A DNA stretch of 64,000 bases from Mobula hypostoma (taxonomy: Eukaryota), in assembly GCF_963921235.1 (NCBI RefSeq), contig NC_086097.1, positions 149,670,001 through 149,734,000 of the forward strand, given 5' to 3'. How positions within the stretch are numbered: the stretch's first letter is position 1; the number at the start of each line of letters is the position of its first letter. Below, piece after piece: positions 24,148-36,795 of this stretch. The position numbers and the translations under genes were made by a program. The notes under the pieces are model-generated. The model was not told where the DNA came from. It saw nothing but the letters and a program-made list of their open reading frames with translations, and made no database searches.

Positions 24148-25872
24148 TTACCATATCATTGTTTGAATTAAAGTACTATGGGTAAATTGTTTTTCTTTTA
24201 TCCTTTTTAATAATTTCATTTAAAACTCTAAGCATTTTTAATATTATTTCTATTATTCTCCAATAATTTACTATAATTCCTTTTACTAGATCGCATAATA
24301 CTTTATATATCTTGTACTTAATTACAGCTTCCTTTGTTCTATGTTTTAAGAATTTCTTATATAATACATTTTTCTTTTTACAAGCATTTTGTATGTATTC
24401 CTTTTGTTAATAGGGAATGGTTTATCAATATACTTTATCAACTTTTTTGACTAGTGGGTAATGTTTACCACGATAATCTTTCTATATAATTGCTAATTAA
24501 TGCTTTTACTTTTATTACTCTGTGAAGTTACAAATTAATCATGCTATTACTGTAAAGTGTTTCATGGCACTAGCATTTCACTCTCCAGAAAATGACCTAC
24601 ACATTCCTCTCTTCCTTGTTCAGAATCATCCTATTCGTATCAGAAAATCTGTGGTATTATCCTTAATCTCCAAGATATCCTGCACCAGTGATTAAATGAA
24701 TGATACATTTTCTGTGGATGCAATGGTGATGATGGATCAAACAACCTGATACAATCTTGTGCTCAATAAAGTTTAACATGGCAGAGAAAAATTTTGCCAT
24801 ACTATTGCTTCCAGTAAGGAGAACTTGTTCACACAAGAAAGGACCAGAGGTGACACTCAAGCATAATAGTGCTGATTTCACAGCCTGTGCCCCCTTTCAG
24901 TGTTATAGGTTCAGTGGATCTATGTTTAGCTGATTTGCACAAACATTCTGTTAGACCCAGTGACAGATTATTTACTTCCAATCTCTACAATATTGTATTT
25001 AATAATTAGTAAAATAACCTGGTATTCAATAATGCCTTATTAATCAGTGTTTAACTTTCAGCAAGATATATCAGATCCCTTTGATTAGAAGTATGTTTTG
25101 TTCAGACAGACTGAATGAGTGGTTAATTGATTGCCATATACAGATTTGCAAATAAATCATTAAATTTTATGAACCACTGGCTATGTACATTGCCATACAA
25201 TTACAAATGGCAATGGGCAATGTTATACCCTTCCTCCAAACTGCCTACCTTTGAGCTTTGCAAATAGTCTCATTGTTTTGAAATTACCAAGTCGTAGTGT
25301 TGATTCAGGCCATTGAAGATGAACTATCTTTTGCTGACTCTGAATGAGACTGTCATGTTCTCTAGTACACCTGTTGCTCTAATTTGTTTCTTCAACCAGC
25401 ATTTCTTCAACTGGGCTCTTACTGTAAGTCATACTTTGTCTCTATGTGGTCATCAGATCTCTCACTCGGGTGATTTCTCAGTCACTGCCTATCATGTCAT
25501 TGCGTTGTAGCACTAAAGCTGTTAGCACTCGGAGCTGCAGCCTCGTACCAATGCAGAAAGCTATGAGAGAATGCCTGCAACAGATCTCTTCCTATCCCTT
25601 CTCTTAACAGCCCTCTTAGCTTCAAAAAGTAACTTCATGATTTACAGCTAAACCATGTCAAGAGGTTCAAGGATCTAAATCTAGTTCAGATTGTTAAAAA
25701 CTGAAATGTCTCCACCTCCAATAAAAGCGCAGAACAGTTAGACATTCTCGGTAATAAAAAGGACGCATAGTATTAAAATATATCAATTATCTAATTATTT
25801 TTACTCGAGGTTGATGTTTCTCCAGTTCATGTAATTAATTTAGTGCTCATTAATTTAGTGACATAACAAGGG

Positions 25873-26051
25873 GTGGTACTGGGAAGCCGGGTGGCCGTGA
25901 ATAACACACATGGGCGATGTAGAGATGAGGAACAATATGCAGCTTGTAAGCCATCTACCCAGAATGCTCTCTTACTTTAGGTTCAATACGTAACACACAG
26001 GGAAGCTTGACAGCAATGCGTAAGGATCAAAATATACATGAATACATAACA
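25873..26051 (-). repeat. 3' LTR of the Gypsy element (outer few bases missing)
   Basis: gtggtactgggaagcc...gatgtagagatgaggaacaa...tcaaaatataca...aca, homologous to 33594-33793. Confidence 0.85.
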
Positions 26052-29000
26052 TATCCGTACCCCCTTATTTTAAAGGTTTCTCACCCTTCCCACACACAGA
26101 TCAGCTGTTGAACTATTAAAATTCAATGGAGTAATCATCAAATTCAACCAATAACAAAAAAACATTTTTTTCCTACACTAGTGAAAGAGGGTAGACTGTC
26201 TCTATTGCCAGACATAACTCTGGGTTATTCTTCCCCATGTACTGGGGGTTAGTCACTAAACCAGAGATTTAATCTTTCTGGGGGCCGTCTGTTCCTGTGA
26301 GGGTACTGACATCATTTTATCTCTTGGTGGTGTATGTATGGATCTTGGCTTGGATACTGCATTGTCATTAGGGGGCACTTCGGAAAGCACAGGTGATCGA
26401 GGAGAATTGCTGTGTCATTTGATCTTAAGGGACATTCTGCAGTCGACGTTTCAGAACCCTGTCCCATTTCTACAGCTGGATCTGGATTGGTCAGTTTGAG
26501 TTGTTTTTCAGTAGCCTCAGAAGTGGGCAACAGCTGATCAACATGTAGATGTTGTGGTTACTAATTTCCACACTGTATGACACTGAACCAGTTTGTGCGT
26601 CCACCATTCCAGGTATCCACTTTGTTTCAGAGATGTAGTTCTGGGTAAGTACTCTCTCCTGCTGTGAAATGTCTATACTTCACTTTGGCACATCTCTCTG
26701 CTTTGGTTTCTTGTTCATTGAGCACAATCTACTATGTGTTGGGGGTGTCTAATCAGGTCAGACTGGATGCTGAGCTGTCTTTTCATCAGTGCTGCGGCTG
26801 GAACTATTTTGGTAGTAGTGTGACGTGTGTTGTGGTATGTCAGCGAGAAAGTGCTGAGATGCTGTTGAGGAATCCACATCCCACTGAAGTCCTGAGGCTT
26901 TGTTTCATTGTTTGTACGAATCATTCAGCAGGACTGTTAGTGGCTAGATGATATAGTGATGACTTTGTGTGCTAAATACCGTTTGCTTCCATAATTGCCT
27001 TGGACTCTTCAGACAGGAGTTGTGGGTCATTGCCACTTACAAACTGATGAGGGTGTCTAAAGTGGGTGAAAATGGAATGTTGCTCCTCAATACATGTTGT
27101 CAGATGTAGTGCTCATCACATTTGCTGTCTTCTTCCACTACAACCAAGAAATGGGATTTTCTACAGGTCCTGTAAGATTTATGTGAATCCTCTGCCATGG
27201 TTCTTCAGACCAGTTCCACGGATGCAAAGGAGCAAGTTGAGGAGAATTTTTCACTTGCTGACAATACGGGTGTGCTTTGGCTTTCTCTTCAATGGTTACA
27301 TACAGTATAGTTCTGGTCATCACCTGTAGCTGCGTGTGATTTCTTTCGTGCGCAATTACGGCACAGTGTCCGGCATGTTGTTCGTCAAGCACTTGCTTTC
27401 TAATGGTGGAGGAATGGCAACATGGTAGCCCCATAGTAAACATTCTGCTTGAACTATGATCTCCTTGCATCAAGCCTGGTAAGGTTTCAGTTCTATGGTT
27501 GGCTCTCCTTGCCATTCATGAGTTAATTAACATGACCACCACTTTAGATAGAACAGGGTCAGTGCATGTATGCTTACGGATTTACACTGTAGTTATTGGA
27601 GCTGTAGGAACTTTCTTGAAGTTAAAGGTCTCTTCTAGAGATGGGTCTGGAGCTGTAACAGCTAAGAGAATCTGGATTGTCCAGGAACATTCAAATGATG
27701 CTTAGACCTCCTGTACTTTATATCGTACTGATGTGCGGATAATAACACAGCCCAACATTGCATTCGCCAGGGAAGGAATGCCCGCATTAGAATCAAAAAT
27801 TGATGTCAAGGGGCAATGACCTGTCAGTAGTGTGAATCGTTGACCAAAGAAGAATTAATGTAATTTTGTTAACTCCTAAGACAACTCTTCCCATCCAATC
27901 TGGGCATAGTGGCTTTCGGCCTTGCTTAATATTCTTAAAATGTCATCAATGAGGGGAAGAGGTTATTGTTCAGCCATAAAAACGATCTCCACAAAGCCGT
28001 AAAAACCCAGCCCTTTTTAGGATAGCAGCCTCTGGAGTTGCCCATTTACTTACACTCACTGGTTTCAATCCCTTACTCTGGACCAGTTTTTCTAATTCAA
28101 CCTCTAGATTTGGTTTGAGGATGTGTGGAATAAGCCTTGCTTTCAGGCATTTGAGTGTTGTGTCGGGCTTAATGGACGGTTTAACAGTAATTCCTTTCAT
28201 ACTTCCCAGTCCTCCGTTGAATACATCTGCATGTTAGAGCCACTTGAGTTTCAGCTGCTCCAACCACAAGCAGCCCAGAAGTGCTGGATGACTACCTTTA
28301 ACAATTTTCGGTGGAAGACTCTTTCTCTGTTTGTTAATCTCCACTGTAAGACGTACTACTCCTCTCACTGAAATAATCTCACCAGTGTAAGGCTTTAAAG
28401 TCAACCTTGCCCAATCTGAGGTGACATACTGCAATTTTGCCTTGTAAGCTAACTCTGACACCAGCGCTACTGAAGCACCCATGTGCACTGCATCCTCACT
28501 GTGGCCCCATCCAACTGCAGGTCACCCCAATAGCCATTATTGTGTCCCAAAACAGATAAAACACGCAAAGCTTCTTCAACCACAGAGTGAGAGTCACTCA
28601 GTCTGTTCTCAGTTTGCTCCATCGTGTTCACAATTACTTTTGCTTGTCTAGAAGTCATTTTTCTTTAGTACAGCGTTTCTGGTTTTCAGTGTCTCTTTAC
28701 TTTTACAGGCAGGCTCAGTATGTCCCTTTTTGCAAAATTGCAAATATCATTCTGCTCTTCAAGAATGAACACCAAGCAGGACAGACAATGGAGAATCGGT
28801 TAATGTGTACTTGGATTTGATAAAGTGCCAGACATGAGGCTGCTTAACAAGTTACAAGCCCATTGTACTACAAGATTATATTCTAGCATGGATAAAGCAG
28901 AAGCTGATTGGCAGGAGGCAGAGAGTGGGAATAAAGGGAGACATTTCCGTTCGGCTGCTAGTGACCAGTGGTTTTCTAAAGGGTCTGTATTGAGAACAGT

Positions 29001-29183
29001 TCTTTTTAAGTTGCATGTCAATAATTTAGTTGATGGAATTGATGACGTTGATACAAAGTATGTAGAAGACATGAAGGAGGAGCAGGTAGTTTTGAAGAAG
29101 TAGAGATGCTGTGGAGGACTTATTCAGGTTAGGAGAATGAGCAAAGAAACGGCAGGTGGAATACAGTGTCAGAAAGTTTATGG

Positions 29184-32068
29184 CTGTAAGACCATAAGAT
29201 AGAGGAGCAGAATTGGGCCATTTGGCCCAATGAGTTTGCTCTGCCATTTCATCATGGCTGATCCAATTTTCCTCTCTGTCCCAATCTCTTGCCTTCTCTC
29301 TGTTATCTCTTCATCCCCTGAACAATCAGGAATCTATCAAGCTCTGCCTTAAACATACACAAAGACTAAGCCTCCACAGCTGTCTGTGGCAAAGAATTCC
29401 ACAGATTCACCACCCTCTGGCTAAAGAAATTCCTCCTCATCTCCATCTTAGAAGGACACCCCTGTATTCTGAAGCTGTCCTTTCTGGTTTTGCACTCTCC
29501 TACCATAGGAAACATCCTCTCCACATCCACTCTATCAAGGCCTTTCACCATTCTATAGGTTTCAATGAGATCACCCCTCATTCTTCTGAATTCCAGTGAA
29601 TACAGGCTCAGAGCAATCAGACACTCTTCATACGACAAGCCATTCAATCCTATTATATTCTAGTCCTCTTCAAATTAATGCTAACATTGCATTTACCTTT
29701 CTCACTGACTCAACCTGCAAATTAACCTTTAGGAAATCCTGTGCAAGGACTCCCAAGTCCCTTTGTGCCTCAGATTTTTGTATTTTCTCACTATTTAGAA
29801 AATAGTTAACCTTTCATTTCTTCAACCAAAGAGCATGACCATACATTACCCGACTCAGTATTCCATCTGCAATTTTCTTGCCCATTCTCCTAATCTGTCA
29901 AAGTCCTTCTGTAGCCTCTCTACTTCTGCAAAACTACCTGCCCCTCCACCAATCTTCATAGTGTCTGCAAACTTTGCAACAAAACCATCAATTCCATTAC
30001 CCAAATCCTTGACATACAATGTAAAAAGTATTGATCCCAAAACAGCCCCCTGTGGAACACCACTAGTTACCGGCAGCCAGTCAGAAAAGGCTCCCTTTAT
30101 TCCCACTCTTTGCCTCCTAAGACCATGGGCTCATAGCTTGTTAAGCAGCCTTCTCAAAGGCCTTCTGAAAATCCAAATTCACAACATCAACCAATTTTTC
30201 TTTATCTATCCTGATTGTTATTTCTTTAAAGAATTCCAACAGATATGTCAGGCAAGATTTTCCCTTCAGGAAACCATGTTGACCATGGCCTATTTTTTGC
30301 CTCCAAATACTCTGAGATCTCAACCTTAATAATTGACTCCAACATCTTCCCAACCACTGAGGTTAGACTAACTGGCCTATAGTTTCCTTTCTTCTGCCTC
30401 TCTCCCTTCTTGAAGAGTGGAGTGACATTTGCAATTTTCCGCTCTTCTGGAACCATTCCAGAATCTAGTGACTCTTGAAAGATCGTTACTAATGCCTCCA
30501 CAATCTCTTCAGCCACCTCTTTCAGAACTCTGTAGTCTACACCATCTGGTCCAGGTGACTTAACTACCTTCAGTTCCCCAAGAAACTTCTCTCTAGTTAT
30601 GGTAACTTCATGCACTTAATGCCCCCTGACACCTGGAACTTCCACCATACTGCTAGTGACTTCCACAATAAAGACTGATGCAAAATACTTGTTCAGTTCG
30701 CTGGTTTATTGTTCCCCATTGCAACATCTCCAGAATTGTTTTCCAGCAGTCCAATATCCACTCTTGCTTTCTTTTGCACTTTGTGGACCTGAAGAAACTT
30801 TTGGGGTCCTTCTTAATATTATTGGTTCACTTACTTTTGTATTCCATCTTTGCGTTCTTAATGACTTTCATTATTTGTTTTCTGTTGGTTTTTAAAAGCT
30901 CCCAAACTTCTAACTTCTCACTAATCTTTGCTTTATTAGATGCCCTCTCTTTGGCTTTTATGTTGACGTTGACTTCCCCTGTTAGCCATGGTTGTGTCAT
31001 CTTGCCTTTAGAATACTTCTTCCTCATTGGGATGTATATATCATGTGCCTTCCAAATTGCTTCCAGAAATTCCAGCCATTGCAGCTCTGCCATCATCCTT
31101 GCCAGTGTTCTTTTCCAATCATTCCCAGCCAACTCCTCTTTGATGGCTCTGTAATTCCCTTTACTCCATTGTAATATTAATACATCTGTCTTTAGATTCT
31201 CCCCCTCAAATTTCAGGGTGAATTAGGTGTATAAGATGATGAAAGGCATTGATCGTGTGGATAGGCAGAGGCATTTTTCCTGGGGCTGAAATAGCTAACA
31301 TGAGAGGACACACTTTTAAGGTGCTTGGAAGTAGATACAGAGGGGACGTCAGGGGTAAGTTTTTTTTAAAAACACAAAGAGTGGTGAGTGTGTGGAATAG
31401 GCTGTTGGTGACTGTGGTGGAGGTGGATACAATAGAGTCTTTTAAGAGACTTATGGATAGGTACATAAGGCTTAGAAAAATAGAGGATTATGGGTAACCC
31501 TTGGTAATTTCTAAAGTGCATGTTCAGCACAGCATTGTGGACCGAAGGGCCTATATTACGCAGTAGTTTTTCTATGTTTCTATGTATCTATGTTTCTAAT
31601 TCAATCATATATGATCATCCCCTAAGGGTTCCTTTACCTTAAGCTCTCTAATCAATTCTGGCTCATCACATAGCAGCAAATCCAGAATAGCTGATCTTCT
31701 AGTGGGCTCAACCATGAGTTGCTCTAAATGTCATCTCGCAGGCACTCTGAAAATTTCCCCTTCTGGAATCTGGAACCCTGAGTTTCCCAATTTACCTGCA
31801 TATTGAAATCTTGCATGACTATTGTAACATTGCCATTTTGGCATGCATTTTCTATCTCCCATTGTAATTTGTAGGCAACATTCTAACTACTATTTGGGGG
31901 TCTGTAAACAACTTCCATCAGGGTCTTTTTACCCTTGTAGTTCCTCAGTTGTATCCACAATGATTAAACACCTCCCAACCCTATGTCACCTCTTTTAATG
32001 ATTTGATTTCATTGTTTACCAACAGAACAATGCTGCCCCCTCTGCCTTCCTGCCTATTCTTTGGATAC
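29184..32068 (-). mobile_element. CR1 LINE (ORF2 APE through tail) nested in the opposite-strand CR1
   Basis: taagaccataag tail; GVPQGAVLG, KFADTMK, KSPGPDG and NYRPVSLTSVVGK motifs; atgg duplicated at the junctions. Confidence 0.9.
31225..31597 (+). mobile_element. CR1 3' fragment, innermost insertion of the nest
   Basis: Same subfamily as 1-1046, with a (tttctatg)n tail. aatt duplicated at 31221-24 and 31598-601. Confidence 0.9.
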
Positions 32069-33593
32069 ATGGTAATGCACTTTGGTGGAAGAAATGAAAG
32101 TGTTGACTATTTTCTAAATGGAGAGAAAATGCAAAAAGCTGAGGCACAAAGGAACTTGGGAGTTCTTGTGCAGGATTTCCTAAAGGTTACTTTATGGGTT
32201 TGAGTCCGGGATGAGGAAGGCAAATGCAATGTTAGCACTAATTTCAAGATGACTAGAATATGAAAGCAGGGATGTAATATTGAGACTTTATAAAGCATTG
32301 ATGAGGCCTCACTTGGAATATTGTGAACAATTTTGGGCCCCTTATCTTAGAAGGGATGGGCTGAAACTGGAGAACATACAAAGGAGGTTTAAAAAAATGA
32401 TTCTAGGATTAAATGGCTTGTCATATGAAGAGCGTTTGATGGCTCTGGGCTTGTGTTGACCAGAATTCAGAAGAATGAGGGGTGATCTCATTGAAACCTA
32501 TCAAATAGTGAAAGGCCTTGATAGAGTAGATGTGGAGAGGATGTTTCCTATGGTGGGAGAGTGCAAGACCAGAGGACACAGCCTCATAATAGAGGAGCAT
32601 CCTTTTAAAACAGATGAGGAGGAATATCTTTAGCCAGAGAGCTGTGAATCTGTGAAATTCTTTGGCACAGGCAGCTGTGGAGGCCAAGTCTTTGCGAATA
32701 CTGAAGGCAGAGGTTAATAGATTCTTGATTAGTCAGGGCATGAAGGGATATGGGGAGAAAGCAAGAGATTGGGGCAGAGGGGAAATTTAGATCAGCCATG
32801 ATGAAATGGTAGAGCAGTCTTAATGGGCCAAATGGCCTAATTCTGCTCCTATATCTTATGGTCTTGTGGACTTGAGGTTTTTGTAACAAATTCAGCAATC
32901 TAAGTCCTTATACAGGCATTCTTTTGCTGAATTCCCAGTTTTGCCACAACAGTAACATTGATTGCCAATAAATAGCTTATTCTTAAAGTCTGGAGAAACT
33001 TTGAGCTTGGGAAGATGTGCCTAATTGCTGTACTACTTTAGCTGCCATCTCCATAGATTTACTAATCTTCATTGCCTTCTGTAATATTAGTCTGTCTTCT
33101 GTGAGTAAACATTTCTGAATCACCTCATTACGCAGGTTACACGAGTCTCATGTAACATGCCATTCAGTGACTGCACAAAAACAGCCATAAAAACCCTAAA
33201 ACCCTGTTAATGATTGACTTCAAGTCTCCACAAAGCCTTAAAGACTCATCCCTTTTTAGGACAGGTGCTAGTGGATTTGCCCATTTATTTACACTGGTTC
33301 CATACCTTACTCTGTTCAGACAATTGCTTCAGCATCACCACAAACTGTGAAATAGACTCGCTTTCCTCTTGATTCCTTTTATGAAATATAACCCTCTAAA
33401 TTTGTTTTATTTAACTATCCCATTTCTGCTATTCCCCCTCAGATTCTTCACCCACTCCGCTTCCTGTGGGCTGTTTTCCTTTTTCTCACTCACATTACAC
33501 TGTGGTACCCCACCAGTTTTGCCCACAGTCTTTTACTTGCCCAAGGGAACAATGCAATAGATGATATGTGAAACTTGTCACCTCATCACTAGT

Positions 33594-33793
33594 TGATATT
33601 TTGTGGTACTGAGAAGCCAAGTGGCTGTGAATAACACACACGAGAGATGTAGAGATGAGGAACAAATGTGCAGCTGGTTATTTTGCTTGTAAGCCATCTA
33701 TCCAGAATGCCCTCTCACATTGCGTTCAGTACGTAACACAAGGGAAGCTTAACAGCAACCCATAAGGGTCAAAATATACAAGAACATATCACA
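33594..33793 (-). repeat. 5' LTR of the Gypsy element
   Basis: TG...CA ends (tgatattttgtggtactg ... tatcaca), adjacent to the PBS-like ctcatcacta. Confidence 0.85.
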
Positions 33794-33824
33794 GATGTGT
33801 TTTTATGACTAGCATTACTATTGT

Positions 33825-34157
33825 TTTGACACCACAAAAGATGGTACCTCAATAAGGCAGCATCCATCATTAAGAACCCTCAAAATCCAGCACATGTGCT
33901 CTTCTCATTACTACCATTGGGAAGGAAATACAGGAACCCGAAGACACAATCAACATTTTAGGAAAAGCTTATTCCCCTCCATCGTTTGATTTCTGAACGG
34001 TCCAGGAACCCATGAACACTACCTGACTATTCAGCTCTCCTTTACGCTATTTGTATGATCTATTTTTTGTGTAACCTATAGTATGCATTGCACTGTATGC
34101 TGTTGCAAAACAACCAATTTCACAACATATTGTCAGTGATAATAAATCAGATTCTGA
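33825..34157 (+). mobile_element. Rex1/Babar-like 3' fragment
   Basis: aaggcagcatccatcattaagaacc...ctcttctcattactaccattgggaagg... and gtcagtgataataaatcagattctgat tail. Confidence 0.75.
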
Positions 34158-35647
34158 TGGTGCATAAGTTTTATACTAAGTGAATCCAGAGACTTCGGAG
34201 ACATCAGGGGTATCTCAGAACCCGTCAAGAAAGAGTTGTAGAGATGTTTCAGAAGGAACTTTGGTTTCCTTAGTATTGGTAGCATGTGACACTATGCTAC
34301 CAAGTGGAAAAATTAAACTCTTTAAAATATTGAGAATTTATCTTGACAGATTTGAAAGAGGTTGTGGTTGGTAAGGTAGAATATTAAGGGAAGAAAACGT
34401 GTAAACCATTGGCAAGTAAGGTCAGAGGATGCTAAGGGAGACACAGGAGAAAAAGCACTTCTATTATTTTTAATTTGCTGTGTAAGTTGCAATATCTACT
34501 GTCAACTTAGTGTGAAATATATATGATGTTCAGAAGTTTCACTGAAGGCATAACATTTTAATGTCATGTTGTGCCTTTCACAGTTAGATGACATTTCTCT
34601 TACTTTGGTTCTTTATTTATTTAATTTGATCTCCTTGATGAAAAGCTGCCCACAACTGAGATAATTATTTTGGGACTTCTGTTGCAATGTGCCACAGGTA
34701 TACATGGGTTGGTCTTGAGAGTTGCTGAGAAAATTTTAGCCATGGTATCTTTTTCTCCTTGCTCAGAGATACAATTGTTGTTTGTCAGTTCCTTGGTGGC
34801 CAAGATATCCTCCTTCTATTCCTCGAAGGCACTGAGGAGAAATAACTTATTTACTGCTGTTCCTTACTCTTTTTCCTGATGCACTGATTAATAAACCATC
34901 CAATGAATCTTCCTTGGATAAATGTCTCTGACTCTATTTTCTTCTGCCATCCACAAGTATTTATTTTTCAGGATTTCTCTCAAAATTATTTGAGAATTCC
35001 AAAGGGATGAAACAGGGAGGATGTTTTCTCTGAATTTATTTCACCTGTTCTATTACAAGTAAATCTCGGAAGGGAAGACCTGATCTGTACCAGATGTGGT
35101 CACGCTAGAGCCTTGCATAAGTTCAGTGAAATATCTCTGCTTTTGTACTCAAACAAACTTACAATAAAGGCAAACAACTTGTTGGATTTCCTACTTGCTT
35201 GACAGTGAAATATTATGTCCAATTTTCATAGAAGGAAGTCCTTTTGGCCCACTTCGTCTATGTCAATCTTGCTGCCTATGTACACTAATCCCATTTGCCT
35301 ACATTTAGCCCATGTTCCCTTTCTATCAAAGTACCCATCTAAATACCTTTTATTATTGTAATTTTGTCTGCCTCCACTTCCTCTGGCTGCTTATTTCCAG
35401 TCATTCACCACCTTCTCTGTTAATAATCTGATCTCCATAAAAATTTCCATCCGAAAATTGTCCATGAATGGGTCTTATGTCTTGCTATTTTTTTTCTGTC
35501 TGGCTCATATGACTTAATTTCATTTTAACTTGAAATTTCTCAGTTGATTAATAAGGTTATTTTCGAACTTAGAAACCTCCACATTTATTTTCACATGATA
35601 GAAGTATTGTACACCCATTCATTTTTTGTTATTGATTCACTATTCAG

Positions 35648-35829
35648 AAATTTGAAGAAACTTCTGGAAAATCGGAAAGTAAGACAGCTTTCTATCAAGC
35701 TCTTGAAAATGCACTGGGAGGAGAAGCTTCTAATTCACTCATCAAGGATGCAGCATCCTGGTTCTATTCACTACAGCAATCTCTGGTTGACTACTCTGCT
35801 TTTTCAAGGGCTTTGGAGAATGCAACACG
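35648..35829 (+). CDS. TG: Thyroglobulin coding exon (exon 44 equivalent), hormonogenic site B
   Basis: Acceptor tattcag and donor gtaagt. 182 bp, phase 0-2. Translates KFEETSGKSESKTAFYQALENALGGEASNSLIKDAASWFYSLQQSLVDYSAFSRALENAT(R), which matches human QFEES...KTAFYQALQNSLGGE...DDYASFSRALENATR. Confidence 0.97.
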
Positions 35830-35974
35830 GTAAGTGAACAGTGTAGAATAATCATTGTCATGAATTGTGTTTGCTTACTTGGAATATAAAAAATCCAAGG
35901 CACTGCTTTGAAAAAGAACATCAAATTCTCCCCAGTCATGGCCAATATTTATTTTCCGGTTCATGAACCACACT

Positions 35975-36795
35975 GGGTATTGATATTGGCAATGGTTTAT
36001 TATTGTCGCACGTGCTGAATACAGTGAAAAAATTAACTTTTCAAGCCATCCATTCAGATCATTTCAAAACAAATATAATAATAGAATATGGAAAATTACA
36101 GTCACAGAAAAGGTGTAGTGCAGATAGAGAATATGGTGCAAGAGCCACGACAAGGTAAGTTGTACGATCAGGAGTTCACCTTTAGCATATGAAAGGACTG
36201 CACAATGGTCTTATAACAACAGGAGAGAGGCTGTCTTTGAGCCTAGAGGAATGATGAAGGAGGATGAGAGGAGACTTGATAGAGGTATACAAGATATTAA
36301 GAGGAATAGATAGAGTGGATAGCCAGTGCCTCTTCCCCAGGACACCACTGCTCAATACAAGGGGACATGGCTTTAAGGTAAGGGGTGGGAAGTTCAAGGG
36401 GGATATTAGAGGAAGGTTTTTTACTCAGAGAGTGGTCCATGCGTGGAATACGCTGCCTAAGTCGTGGTGGAGGCAGATACACTAGTGAAATTTAAGAGAC
36501 TACTAGACAGGTATATGGAGGAATTTAAGGTGGGGGGTTATATGGGAGGCGGGTTTTGAGGGTCAACACAACAATGTGGGCCGAAGGGCCTGTACTGTGC
36601 TGTACTATTCTAGGTTCTATTAATGTGCTTTCAGACTTCTGTATTTTCTGCCCAATGAAAGAGGCGAGAAGACAGAATGTCTGGGGTGTGAGGGGTCTTT
36701 ATTTTCTGTGGCTGCAAGAAGTGTAGACAGGTCCAGGAAGTTGGTTTTTGTGACAGACTGGGCTACGTGCACAACTCTCTACAATTTCTCATGGT
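35975..36795 (-). mobile_element. Rex1/Babar-like 3' fragment split by a CR1
   Basis: Similar to 4300-4790 (ggtttattattgtc..., gtgctttcagactt..., agaatgtctgggg). Confidence 0.7.
36246..36620 (+). mobile_element. CR1 3' fragment
   Basis: MRGDLIEVYKILRGIDRVD...TRGHGFKV...FFTQRVVHAWN followed by the 3'UTR. Confidence 0.9.

Larger units (their letters stand above)
21680..24490 (-). mobile_element. AT-rich LINE of the CR1/L2 group (Crack/Daphne-like), ORF2 remnant with 3'UTR
   Basis: KIAKVIPIYK, NYRPVSL, GIFLDLKK.FDTIDH, LERYGIRG, GVPQGSVLGPLLFILYINDI, LYADDT and LGVVIDNKLSWKPHI. 3' end aaataaatttcattcat. Clade assignment is by motif recall. Confidence 0.85.
28805..32866 (+). mobile_element. CR1 LINE 3' portion inserted in Gypsy gag, split by a nested CR1
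   Basis: RT sequence stops at ...gaaagtttatgg (29183) and resumes at atggtaatgcactttgg (32069). Ends with a tcttatggtcttgtgg tail. Confidence 0.85.
25873..33793 (-). mobile_element. Decayed Gypsy/Ty3 LTR retrotransposon with both LTRs, interrupted by a CR1 nest
   Basis: Direct repeats of about 180-200 bp at both ends; PBS-like tagtgatgag beside the right LTR and a purine tract beside the left LTR. Internal remnants: gag (IQKCLLTED, CYCCGKTG), protease region (GASVALVSE), RT (WATP...LRLCGD) and integrase (PLHPWNWSEEPWQRIHI). Confidence 0.88.

Noticed and set aside
35544..35837. 97-aa ORF overlapping exon 44
   Set aside because: Wrong reading frame; the TG-matching frame starts at 35648.
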